A stretch of 64,000 nucleotides of DNA from Williopsis jadinii (GCA_024346625.1 AP024664.1:2480001-2544000), one strand, 5' to 3'; shown: positions 1-14,711, numbered from the stretch's first letter. Program-made: numbers and translations. Notes: generated by a model not told the origin, from the letters alone.

Positions 1-2956
<2,956 letters not shown>

Positions 2957-2966
2957 TGTTTCGGCA

Positions 2967-3006
2967 ACTCTATTTTTTGCTGGCGGGTGCCAGCTGGGGA
3001 TAGAGT
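2967..3006 (+). other. 3'ETS stem-loop, probable Rnt1 (RNase III) processing hairpin
   Basis: ACTCTATTTTTTGCTGGC-GGGT-GCCAGCTGGGGATAGAGT: 18-position stem with G-U pairs and one mismatch, capped by an NGNN tetraloop, 10 nt after the 25S end. Confidence 0.7.
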
Positions 3007-3045
3007 GTCACACAGTTGCCGTAGGCGACTGTGTATTTGTTTTGG

Positions 3046-3172
3046 TGACGGTAGGGTAATCTTTGGTGTGAGTGGTGTAGTTTTTGCTTTTTTGTCACGG
3101 GGTGTGTGGGTGTTGTGATGAAGATGGTCTCTGAGGTTTTATGACGGTAGGGTAACAGTTGGTGTGAGTGGT
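3046..3172 (+). terminator. Duplicated putative Pol I terminator (Reb1/Nsi1-like site)
   Basis: TGACGGTAGGGTAA...TGGTGTGAGTGGT occurs twice (~3046, ~3142), each next to T-runs. Resembles the S. cerevisiae GGTAAGGGTAA terminator element. Confidence 0.5.
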
Positions 3173-3276
3173 TGAATTTTTTTTAATTTTTCACCAGAGC
3201 TCCCAGGAGGAATTTTTGTTTTTCGTGAGGGGAGGGGGTTTCCACCGGCTAGGCTGGGCTGGGCTTCCAGGCTGGG

Positions 3277-3473
3277 CTTAAAAAAGTTAGGCGGGTGGTC
3301 AGCCTAAAAAGCTAGGCGGGTGGGATAAGCCTAGAAAGCTAGGCGGGTGGTCAGCCTAAAAAGCTAGGCGGGTGGGATAAGCCTAGAAAGCTAGGCGGGT
3401 GGTCAGCCTAAAATGCTAGGCGGGTGGTCAGCCTAAAATGCTAGGCGGGATGGGCTTAAAATGTTAGGCGGGT
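3277..3473. repeat. IGS1 minisatellite, 8 copies of a 23-27-bp unit
   Basis: TAGGCGGG at 3288, 3313, 3340, 3365, 3392, 3417, 3442 and 3465. Most units contain the inverted repeat GCCTA-N6-TAGGC. Confidence 0.95.
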
Positions 3474-4067
3474 CCACACTGGGGCACCACAGACACCAAG
3501 TCCAAACACTTAGGAAAGACACCCAGACCAGACCAAGACCAACCTATGGCTACACCAACAGATTCCCACAACGACAACCACGGGAAATGGGAATGTGGCC
3601 CCAAAGTGGGATTTTACCAAAACCGTTAGTATGGGGATCCCCCAGGCAGTGGGAATTTCCGGTTACGAGCGCTGGCGAGGATTTTCTAATTTTGCGAGAA
3701 GTGCGACCATCCCTCCGCGCCTGCGCCGCTGCGGGATGGTCATAATGATTTAAAAAAACTAGGGGTATCCGGTTCCGCCCCCGTATATAGGTATATATAT
3801 GTGTGTAGATGGGTGGGTGGTGGTGGTGGTTGACGGGGGGGGAGGGGGGTTTATATAGTTTTGGGTGGTGTTGGGTGGTCACGTGGGTCACGTGAGTGGT
3901 GTGCGGGTGGTGTGTGTGGTGTAAGGGTGTGCAGTCACCGGGCGGGTCACGTGGATGGTGTTAGGGCTGGTGTAGGCCACGGCCACCAGCCGGGTAGACT
4001 ACCCCTTTTGGGACACCGGGTAGACTGCCCCTTTTGGGAAGCCGGTTACCCAACTTGGGTAAAAAAA

Positions 4068-4188
4068 AGATTGCAGCACCTGAGTTTCGCGTATGGTCAC
4101 CCACTACACTACTCGATCAGGCTCTTAGCAGCTTAACTACAGTTGATCGGACGGGAAACGGTGCTTTCTGCTAGATATGGCCGCAACC
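4068..4188 (-). rRNA. RDN5: 5S rRNA (121 nt), opposite to 35S, followed by oligo-T Pol III terminator
   Basis: Reverse complement reads GGTTGCGGCCATATCTAGCAGAAAGCACCG...CAGGTGCTGCAATCT. A-run at 4061-4067 on +. Confidence 0.99.
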
Positions 4189-4210
4189 GAAATGGAAGCG
4201 CGCGGGGGAG

Positions 4211-4290
4211 GTTACACTGCTTACACTGCTTACACCGCTTACTAAGCAGCTTACTAAGAACCGCTTACTAAGACACCGCTTACTAAGCAC
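4211..4290. repeat. Short GCTTAC(ACT/TAAG) tandem repeats upstream of 5S
   Basis: gttacactgcttacactgcttacaccgcttactaagcagcttactaagaaccgcttactaagacaccgcttactaagc. Confidence 0.85.
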
Positions 4291-4399
4291 TGTGTAGATG
4301 TAGCAGGTGGGTGTAGGGGTAAGGTCCAGCGGGCCCAGGGCATCCAGGGGGCTGTCTATAGCGGGAGCTATAGGGCGCGTCGTACGTGGACGTGTAGCA

Positions 4400-7316
4400 G
4401 GTGTGTAGTGAGTGTCCATTGGGGGCCTGGGTGTCCAGCGGGCGGTCATTTGGTGATGATTCAGGAGTGAACCAGCGGTGAGTTGATGTCCACGGGTGGC
4501 CAGCGGGCCTCCAGGGGACCTCCAGGGGGCCTCTAGGGGATGGATCGTGGTCTCTAAGGTGGGTCTAGCATGTTTACAGTACATAGATGTGTGGAAGATG
4601 TCCATTGGGTGTCTGATTGTTTACTCGGGGTCCATTTGGTGTTGATTCAGGGGTGAGTTGATGTCCATGGATGTCCAGGGATGTCCACGGGATGTCCAGC
4701 GGGCGTCCATAGGCCTCTAGGGGCGTCCGGTGGCTATATCGTGGTCTCCAGGGTCTGTCCAGGGTATTCCCAGCATGTAGTTGTGTAGAAGATGTCCATT
4801 GGGTGTCTGATTGTTTACTCCGTGTCCACTTGGTGATGATTCAGCGGCAGCGAGCGTTGAGGGGGCCTCTAGGGGCCTCCAACGGGAGCCTGGTGGATGG
4901 ATCGTGGTCTCCAGTGTGTTCCCAGCTTGTAGATGTCCATTGCATGTCCAATAAGTGTTTGGTTGTTGACCCGCTGTCCATTTGGTGTTGATTCAGGGGC
5001 GAGATGATGTTCACGGGGCATCCACAGACCTCTAGCAAGAGCCTGGTGGATGTATCGTGGTCTCCAGCGTCTGTCCAGGGTATTCCCAGTGTGTAGATGT
5101 CCATTGAGTGTCCATTGGTGGCCTTGTTGTTTACACGGTGTCCACTTGATGATGATTCAGCGGCAAGCGAACGTTGATGGAGCGTCCAACAAGCCTCTAG
5201 GGACCTCCAGCGGGAGCCTAGTCGATGCCTAGACATCCTTAGGTGGTCTCCAGCATCTTCCCTGTTTGTAGTTGTCCATTGAATGTCCATTGGTGGCCTT
5301 GTTGTTGACACGGTGTCCACTTGGTGTTGATTCAGCGGCAAGCGAACGTCGACGAGGTGGCCACCAGGCATCCACAGACCTCTAGCAAGAGCCTGGTGGG
5401 TGGATTGTGGTCGCCAGGGTTGGTCTAGAGTATTTCCAGTGTGTTGATGTCCATTGAATGTCCAATAGATGGCTTGTTGTTTACCCGCCGCCCACTCGGT
5501 GATGTTTCAGCGGCGAGTTGATGTCCACAGTATGTCCACGGGGCAACCATAAGCCTCTAGCGACAGCCTGGTGGATGTATCACGGTCTCTAGCGTCTGTC
5601 CAGCGTATTCCCAGCAAGTAGATGTCCAATTGGTGTCCATTGGTGGCCTTGTTGTTGACACGGTGTCCACTTGATGATGATTCAGCGGCAAGCGAACGTT
5701 GATGGGGCCTTCACGCGGCAAACATAAGCCTCTAGCGAACGTCCAGTGGATGGACCGTGGTCTCCAGTGTCTGTTTGGCATGTTCCCAGTACGTTGATGT
5801 CCAATTGGTGTCCATTGGTGGCCTTGTTGTTTACACGGTGTCCACTTGGTGTTGATTCAGCGGCGAGAAAACGTCGACGAGGTGGCCACCAGGCATCCAC
5901 AGACCTCTAGCGATAGCCTGGTGGATGTATCGTGGTCTCCAGTGTCTGTTTGGCATGTGTCCAGTGTGTAGGTATCCATTGAATGTCCATTGGTGGCCTT
6001 GTTGTTTACCCGCTGTCCATTTGGTGTTGATTCAGGGGCGAGAAAACGTCGACGGCGTTGCCACCAGGCATCCGCAGGCCTCTAGCGATAGCCTGGTGGA
6101 TGGACCGTGGCCTCCAGTGTCTGTTTGGCATGTGTCCAGCATGTAGATGTGTGGAAGATGTCCATTGGTGGCCTTGTTGTTTACACGGTGTCCACTTGAT
6201 GATGATTCAGCGGCGAGAAAACGTCGACGTGGTGGCCACCAGGCATCCACAGACCTCTAGCGACAGCCTGGTGGATGTATCGTGGTCTCTAGCGTCTGTC
6301 CAAGGTATTCCCAGTGCGTTGATGTCCATTGAATGTCCAATAGATGGCTTGTTGTTTACCCGCCGCCCACTTGATGATGTTTCAGCGGCGAGTTGATGTC
6401 CACAGGATGTCCACCAGGCATCCACAGACCTCTAGCGATAGCCTGGTGGATGTATCGTGGTCTCTAGCGTCTGTTTGGCATGTGTCCAGCATGTAGTTGT
6501 CCAATTGGTGTCCATCGGTGGCCTTGTTGTTTACACCGTGTCCACTTGATGATGTTTCAGCAGTGAGTTGATGTCCACAGGATGTCCACGGGGCAACCAT
6601 AAGCCTCTAGCGAACGTCTAGTCGATGTATCGTGGTCTCCAGTGTCTGTTTGGCATGTGTCCAGTGTGTAGGTATCCGTTGAATGTCCATTGGTGGCCTG
6701 ATTGTTTACCCGCTGTCCATTTGGTGTTGATTCAGCGGCGAGAAAACGTCGACGGCGTTGCCACCAGGCATCCGCAGGCCTCTATCAAGAGCCTGGTGGA
6801 TGTATCGTGGCCTCTAGGGATGGTCTAGCGTATTCCCAGTGTGTAGATTTCCATTGAATGTCCATTGGTCGCCTCTTTGTTTACCCCCCGCCCGCTTGAT
6901 GATGTTTCAGCGGCGTGTTGATGTCCACAGGATGTTCACGGGGCAAACATAAGCCTCTAGCGAGAGCCTGGTGGGTGGAGCGTGGTCTCCAGTGTCTGTT
7001 TGGCACGTGTCCAGCATGTAGATGTGTGGAAGATGTCCATTGGTGGCCTCGTTGTTTACACGGTGTCCACTTGATGTTGTTTCAGCGGCGAGAAAACGTC
7101 GACGGGGCCTCCACGCGGCAAACATAAGCCTCTAGCGATAGCCTGGTGGATGTATCGTGGCCTCTAGGTTCTGTCCAGCATGTTTCCAATACATAGATGT
7201 GTAGAAGATGTCCAACCAGCGCCCCTTTGTTTACCCTCTACCCCCTTGATGTTCATTCAGGGAAAAGTTTTTTTTTCGCAAATTCAGCGGCGAGAAAACG
7301 CCCACGCGGTGGCCAC
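4400..7316. repeat. IGS2 175-bp tandem satellite (~17 units)
   Basis: TTCAG anchor at 4460, 4646, 4840 and 4992, then exactly every 175 bp from 5156 to 7256. Confidence 0.97.
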
Positions 7317-7899
7317 CGGTTCAGGCATTAGCTCCGATCCAGGTAAAGTGGCCCCGCCAGCTTGGTGTCCAGCAGTAAATTGGCGCAATTCGGGATCAAC
7401 CACCCCCATGTGGGGCCCGGAGTTTGACACATCCTCTAATATCCGCAACACTTAAATGCTTCCAGAACTCCACACACACATCCTACCACAACCAAAATCA
7501 CTGTTCCACGCTCACAAAATTCACGCCTTTCCAATGAGACCAAAATACCCTGGTATTTCCACCATTTGGGTTTTTCATTCCATTATTTTACTGTTAACAT
7601 CTACCCAAATTTTATAATCCGAAAAAGACTCACCTATTCTCGGAGATATCCTAAATTAATATATACTATATAATCCCATAACTCGGGAACTAGCAGAGCT
7701 TTCGAGCTATAAACACCACTACTGGATAGCTACGCTCCAGAACTTACCACTGGGTTTAAGTTGTTTCCCGGTTTATGGGTGCCCATCTCCCTGGAAAGCA
7801 AAAATATTCTTCGGAGATGGTGCGAGAGTGAAGCAATAGCATATCGGCGATAACTAGTTTAGTAATGAGCAGCAACTCTGACAGCTTTAAAGGATTGGG

Positions 7900-10040
7900 A
7901 ATAGACCAGAAGTACATTTTCGTTTCATATGTATCTTGTAGTACTGATTGTGTGACTATGTATGGATTGTGGTGTCAGCTCAATGAGGTGCTAAGGCGAT
8001 AGTTGTAAGTATGGAGGACTGGTTGAGTAACGACAAAGTTCAATTGATGCTACTCAAACTACAATGACAACAACAATCTAAAAGAAAGAGACAGCCCCTC
8101 TGGTTCTTGAGCCTTCATATATACCGTCAACCTCGGATGAGTAAGTTAGAACTATTGGAAACCAGTACAATTCGACAAAGACACGATCCAATATGGAAGA
8201 AGGACGACATAACGTGGAAGACAAGACGATGCGTTGCGTAAAATAGATGATACCTTGAGGAAACCAAACAGTTCTTATGGATAGCCTTCGAAAGTACCAA
8301 TTAGACGTGCTGTAGACTCAAGAAGTAATACATGGTACAGATGGCGTGGGAGATCTTCCACAGGTCAGTGAAAAGTCTTGATAGTGTAAGCACTTTGCCC
8401 ACTCGAAATGAACACAGCGTGGTTGGAACCCTTACGACAACGTGTAAATCAATGACATTGAGTGTATCATATTCGATAGTCTCCACATGGGCTGTGCAGT
8501 GCCGTCAATCAGTGGGATTGGATCTTGGCTGCACTCTCTACTAACTGAGGAGATGAAAGAAGTGCAATTGAAAAGTGGAAACGTATGGATGACAAGTAAA
8601 CATACCTATGAGTCCACAATATGATGCCTCAGATGTACATAACTTAAACCCGAAAGATCAAAGTAACCGATTAAAACTGTCAGCACATCAGTTCCCATAA
8701 TTAACACCATTCCCACTTGGAAGACGACAAAGTTGGGTTTAAACTCATGATAAAGCATTCAAAGAAGTCACGTCCGTTAATTGAAGAGCAAAACAATATC
8801 ACACAATCACTGTAAATGTCACTACTGAATTGAGTTGTGCTAATGTAACTTGATTCATGAGTCGTTCTGGATTTTGAAATTTCCATCATCTTCAGTTCCA
8901 AATCGAGACAGCACAATGGTGACTTATGATCAAGCGTTCAGACAAGTCACAAGGTATACTTTCGTTTCCATAGAATCGTGGTTGAGTATTGGGTGGCCTG
9001 TCTTTGGTTTGTATTGTATTGAGAGATCATCTTCTTCATGAGTCCCTGCGACAACTGTTATCTCCAGGTAGCGAACAGAACTGTTTGGCAACAAATTGTA
9101 CTCCATTCAGGCAGAGCTCATACTATAGTTCAGCTCTGAGAGAACCTTCCATGAGAAACTTACAGATGTTCCTGAGCTTGAGTTATGAGAATATAAGTAT
9201 CATCATGAATCACGGTGAACATCATCAAGTTTGATTGGAAGTTGGTGTAGCTAAGTGAAGAGTGATGACAAAGCTTTCACACCAATCACACAAGATAGGC
9301 ATGGGTTCACTAATGTAGCATTATCTATATGTGTTTGACTTCTCAATTGTGTGGTATAAGACTTCGCTATTTCACGACCCATATCAAGTTTGCGTTTCAC
9401 AGACAGCAAAATGCAGATTAGTACCAAGTAACACCAGCAAATACCAGAAAGTGGAAAGACAATGATATCTATACCATCACTGTGTACGCTTCATCAAGTT
9501 GTTCTTGTTGAGAACCAATGGAAATGCCAGTTCAAATACGTAGATGTGTTGATCCCTAGCTGTTAGAATCTTCAGCCATGGAGACATGTCTATACTTTAT
9601 GCATGAGACAGAGAGATAGCGTTTCACCCAGTCCTTTGAGTAAGAAACTATCAAGATGGTCCATATGATCCATTGATAAATGTGTGAAACTTCAAAGCTC
9701 TCATTGGAAGACCAATTCTTGTACAGTAGTTGAGACCCTTAAAACTCTCATCTCTTCCTCTAGTGCTGTTGCTGTGACTTTCACAGTCACTCAAAGCCTT
9801 TCAAGTCATTTGGAATAGCCTTATGTGATACAAAGAAGCATTCCATCCTGAAACCATCATCTTCCAAAGACTCAATGCTTGAATTGTCAATGGAAAGAGT
9901 GTGTTGATATAAGAAAGTCCCCTTGCTTTGTTGATGTTTTTTCTCAAACCCCGCTCAATTTTGATGTTCGGATGGTCGCAGTCAGCAAATGTGAAACCAT
10001 AGCAACACATCAACGATAGCTACTTCCCCAACGTTCAATG
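7900..10040 (-). pseudogene. Decayed gene copy 1 of an unrecognised family (boundaries approximate)
   Basis: Colinear with 10080-12345. Minus-strand fragments such as MSPWLKILTARDQHIYVFELAFP and SIESLEDDGFRMECFFVSHKAIPNDLKGF are broken by stops and frameshifts. Confidence 0.6.
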
Positions 10041-10079
10041 ACAACAACAGCTTCCATTGGTAGAAATCGACTTGAGGTA

Positions 10080-12345
10080 CAAGGAGTAAAGTTCTCTATC
10101 ATAGATAATTAGTTGTATACCTATGTGAAACCTCTAGAATCAACAGGAGGTGGCTAGGGCTGGATGATTTCAGCTACAAAAGGTCCAATGAGTAACAACA
10201 AAGGTCAATTTATACTTCTCAAGACATAGCCCAAGCCTAAATCTACCAAGACAAACACTTCACGGTACAGAAAATGTACAGTATATCGTGTGACTCGAAG
10301 TGTAGCATCTGGAAAACAGAGTGAGTGAGGATCAATTGATTTGGTCATCTCAAAGTTTGCAACAAAGTAACAAGAAGAGATAGCTGTATCCAAACATCAC
10401 AGCAAAGTCTTAGACCATCCACAATAGTAGCTCTCCTAATTCGATATCTCTGAACCATACCATGGTGATTATCTTGTGTCATTCACTCCAGTTCGGATAA
10501 TGAATCTTCATTTAAAGGGACATCAAAAAACAATAATGATATGGGCAAAGTAGCAACAATCATAAACCATTCAAGAAATTGAGTCTCAATCATTCGACGA
10601 CAGATGTATCAGCTGGTGAGCCATCTCATAAGGTACCAAGAGACATGGGATTCCTAATAAAGCAAAGCCTATGGATCATATGAAATGACCATATCAGATG
10701 GTGTCTAGATTGATGATCCCCCAGTCTCAATAGTGTACCTGTGGATTATGAATAAGACCGGTTAGCCTCCTAGATTATTGAAGTCTATATGCACTTAGAT
10801 GAACAATGAAATACACTGTTCACTATGTCTGCTGATAGAAATACATCAATGTTTTGGGACATTATCCAGTTGAATCTCCAACAAATGCAATATAGGAACC
10901 ACGCACTTCTTGTGGTTCACATTCCACATGATTATCCACGTATACTGTAGATTTGATCATCGATAGATGCCATAGGTGTATGTGATGTTGGGTGCACCAA
11001 TGTAAGGATTTCAAAAGTACCACCATTTGGAAGACAACAGACTTCGAATCAAACTTATGATGAAACATTATAACAAGTCACATCATATAGTTAGTTGTCA
11101 ACAGGATATCCTGTAATTGGTGTGTTTTCAATCTCTCTGTTGGACTGTGTAAGTAGAGCCTGCATCATCAAATGCTCTAGATTTTGTAAATAAACTTCTT
11201 CAATTTGAAGTCGAGACAGCACAACGGTGACTCATGATAAAACCTTCAGAGTAGTCACAAATCACACCTCTGGTTCCATATGATCCTTTTTGAGTACTGT
11301 CTTGTTTACCCCCTGGTTTCTGTTCTCTATGAATAAGACCTATTTCCTTGGTCATTGGAATCACCGATATTTCCAAGTTAGACAACAGAACTCTTTGGGA
11401 ACACAGTGGAGAACATTCAAACAAGTCTCATAGTATAACTGACTTCCCAGAAAATGCACCATATGTGGTATACAACCGTTATTTTGTCTGAGATCCGTAA
11501 ATGGAAGCTGTTTCGAGAATCACTAAGACCATCACCAATTTCAATTCGAAATCGATGTAGTTCTATTAGGAGTGGGTGTAAAGCCACCAAGACAGTTTCA
11601 TGATCCACAAGTGTCTGTCCCCCATTGACTATTGGTACTGTGTACTTCTCCTTTGATTGATGTCGAGTACTGGTGGACTGTTTCAATAGACACTTCGCAT
11701 TTGTGTTCCACTTATACCAAAGAGCAGTAGAGTGCCACACAATACCAGAACACAATAGAAAACAACACTTGGATATTGATACAATCTATCAGTATAATTT
11801 GTCACGTCATTACTCTTGAAACCATATGGTAATGCCAATTCATATGTGTAGACGTGTTGATTCAGAGCTGTGTGAAGCTTTAGTCCAGGAGAGAGAGCCA
11901 TACATCGTCGTGAGAAACTGAGCTAGTTTTTTGATCTGTGCTTCGAGTCGTAAGTTAACTGAGTGGTTCATGCGATCCATTGATACCAGTCTCCCCCTCC
12001 AGATCCCTCAGTGGAAGACAAAGTCTTGAACGCCAGGTGAAACCATTGGGACTTTCATATATGCCACCTCCAACACTGTTCCTGCGGCTCTCACAGTCAT
12101 TTAAAGCCTTTCAAGTCATTTGGAGTAGCGTTATGTGATAAGTAACAGTATCCCATTCTAGAGCTACCATCTTCTAACGTTTCCAAGCTTAAACTGTTAA
12201 AGGAAGAGTGTTGATATAAGAAAGTCCCCTTCGCCTTGTTGATGTTTTTTCTCACCCCGCCCAATTTTGATGTTCGGATGTTTGGAGTCAGCAAATGTGA
12301 AACCACAGCAACGCATAAACGACAACTACTTCCCCAACGTTCAGT
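10080..12345 (-). pseudogene. Decayed gene copy 2 of the same family (boundaries approximate)
   Basis: Fragments LSPGLKLHTALNQHVYTYELALP and SLETLEDGSSRMGYCYLSHNATPNDLKGF align with copy 1, including synonymous differences (CCA/CCT, CTG/CTA, CTG/TTG). Confidence 0.6.
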
Positions 12346-13010
12346 GAACGACAGAGTGCGAGTGTCTTCTCTTCTAGGATCTTAGAACTGTTATCAGGAC
12401 AAGATCAAAACTACAACAACGACATACGCTTTATAATCAATTCATGTTGTGATATGAATTGCAATGTTTGTTGAGGTGTCACATTTAACGATAGCTGGTC
12501 ATTATGATTTGTGACATCTCTCTTGGTAATGCAAGATCTCGTATATATTGGCGTATGCTTCCGGTTAACGTCTGCATTGGAGAAGTGTCTGAATCAGAAA
12601 GATATCCATAGATGGCAATGTAGTGCATTGTGAAAAACTCGGAGATTGGCTAAGAGGCGAATGAGTGTTGTAAAGTTAGTCTTTTACTTAATCTTTAAGC
12701 GTCTAACTCATCGATAAGCATTTATATAGGCACATTTTGTACTTCATTATGTAGCTATCAGGATCCAGTACAAATGAGGCTCTTCAGACAAGACTGCTTG
12801 GTCTACGTATTGGTTCTACATCGTCATACATCAGGACTTGATGGCCATTTGACTCTCCACTGCGCAACTTGATCTTATCTTGACATGGTACCTTATCTTT
12901 GGAGGACTTCACAGTCAGGCAAGTTACTGAGAATGAGACATTATAAATTCAACACAACAAGACACCATCGAGGAAAATATCAACATCATGCGTGGAATGT
13001 GCTCTTCTTA

Positions 13011-14453
13011 CTAGGAACACACTATATCTAACATTGTTGTATCGAAGAGGAAATCCAACCCAACCTGTTTATCCTCTTCTTCGCCCCACACCATCTCCAA
13101 GTATCTCAGAACTTTTTCTGAAAGAGAAGAATGTAGCATGCTGCTCACTTTTCTGAAACGTTCAGATATGAATAGTCTTTGCCCAGGATCTATACATACA
13201 CTTCCAGCAATAAACATTGCCCATATAGATTGAAAGTAATCATCATCCAGCTGCTTTGAATATAATACTTCATCTAAAAGTAATTTTAGTTCTTTTTGTA
13301 CATCTTCTGTGCGGGCCCTGTTATTGCACAGCTTGGTGAGCAATATCAAGGAGGCATATATGACTGTTTTGGAGAAAGATAACGTTTGCTTCTGAGCCTT
13401 TTCGAGACTGTACATGGGTATTGATTTTAGCCGTTGCAAGTTCTCGGTGGCCTCTTCCAGCAATCTCTTGCAAATTGTCAAATCTTCCAATGACAAAGGC
13501 AGTTCCTTTACTCGACACATCCATGTACACTTGGCGGAAATCTCGTGCGCTTTAAGCCCGACTCCTAAAATAGGATGGTCAAGCCATGGGTCTGAAGAAC
13601 AGTCGTTGAGAGGTGTCTCTAAGGACTTGCCAAATTGGCTATAAAAGCTGAAGGGAGAAGGAACTGCAGACAACTTTCCATGGTGACACATCATAAGTGT
13701 GATTGGATAATTGAAGACGAAATGTTCTGTTAAGATCCGATCAAGTGGTGATATCTTCAACTCTTTTGCGAATCGCTTCTTAAGAATCTCATAGGCAGCA
13801 GAGATATGCGCCGCTGACTTCGTGGCACTTAGTCCCAACGTTTTGTCACGTAGACACAAGGTCTGTAAGAGTTGTACTGAGATGAAGAGATGGTCTTCGC
13901 ATCCATCCTTTGATTTTTGAATGTCACTAATTAGCAAATTCAGTGCGTTGTGGTACCTTATATGTGCTCTCTGTATGAAGGAGTCGTCAGCATACGCCAT
14001 GATAGTAGCACCACAAGCCAGGAAGATTTCCTTCACCGTGGAATTGGTAACAGCATAAGGTAGTAGAATACTCATGGGAGAGAGTAATGGGTGACAGTGT
14101 GCGGGTGTAATCGACGACAAGAACACGCTGACAAACGCGTCATAACACAGCGTTTCTTCCGATGAAACTGCTTCCTCTTGCCGTATATCTTCCTCTTGAA
14201 TGCTGATGAGCTGATCCAACAGTTTATCATCTTGTGCTTTGCTATTCACATGAGCAGGCCATCGACATTCAATTCCTCGCCGAATGCAGTTCTTACATTC
14301 TGGCTTTGTCTCATCACACTTCTTACGGCGTTTCTTGCAGTTTAGGCATCCATCCACAGATTTCTTGAACTTCCTTCTTCGAGGGGTTGGTTTGAGGACA
14401 GTACCATCTTCAGAGAAGTTGAGAATATGTTGGTATATATGGTATGAGGACAT
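13011..14453 (-). CDS. Zn(II)2Cys6 transcription factor (Uga3/Arg81/Upc2-type C-terminal domain)
   Basis: 480 aa; CLNCKKRRKKCDETKPECKNCIRRGIEC; C-terminal 'WAMFIAGS...LEMVW' typical of Fungal_trans_2. Confidence 0.9.
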   Translation of the reverse strand: MSSYHIYQHILNFSEDGTVLKPTPRRRKFKKSVDGCLNCKKRRKKCDETKPECKNCIRRGIECRWPAHVNSKAQDDKLLDQLISIQEEDIRQEEAVSSEETLCYDAFVSVFLSSITPAHCHPLLSPMSILLPYAVTNSTVKEIFLACGATIMAYADDSFIQRAHIRYHNALNLLISDIQKSKDGCEDHLFISVQLLQTLCLRDKTLGLSATKSAAHISAAYEILKKRFAKELKISPLDRILTEHFVFNYPITLMMCHHGKLSAVPSPFSFYSQFGKSLETPLNDCSSDPWLDHPILGVGLKAHEISAKCTWMCRVKELPLSLEDLTICKRLLEEATENLQRLKSIPMYSLEKAQKQTLSFSKTVIYASLILLTKLCNNRARTEDVQKELKLLLDEVLYSKQLDDDYFQSIWAMFIAGSVCIDPGQRLFISERFRKVSSMLHSSLSEKVLRYLEMVWGEEEDKQVGLDFLFDTTMLDIVCS

Positions 14454-14711
14454 TGTCTCTCTATCCCGAGGACAAGACGTGTTGATGTTTCTCTACTCGA
14501 AGTTTGAAGCCCTTTGATGTAGTCCCCCTCAGGATTTCCGATGCTAGAACACGCGCGGCTTCCTAATTAGGAAGACGCGAATTGAATCTGATATCCCGAT
14601 AGGGAACACGACATTTAAATCTGATTCCTTTCCTTTATTATAAAAGGGATCCCATCTCTCTTCAAGATGGTGGTTTAAACTACAGAGATATGTAACCCCA
14701 TTGATTAACAG

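Noticed and set aside
3517..3527. Telomere-like TCTGGGTGTCT on minus strand
   Set aside because: Single short match with no tandem array; this species' telomere repeat cannot be verified here.
3878..3953. Point centromere (CDEI matches)
   Set aside because: No AT-rich CDEII or CDEIII follows, and the sites lie within the rDNA spacer.
4171..7127. Repeated ~72-aa ORFs in the satellite; CRISPR-like or C/D snoRNA reading of TGATGA..TCAG
   Set aside because: The 175-bp period is not a multiple of 3, there are no unique spacers, and C and D boxes are on inconsistent strands and not conserved.
12666..12954. Possible solo LTR (TGTTG...CAACA)
   Set aside because: No target-site duplication and no second copy in the window.
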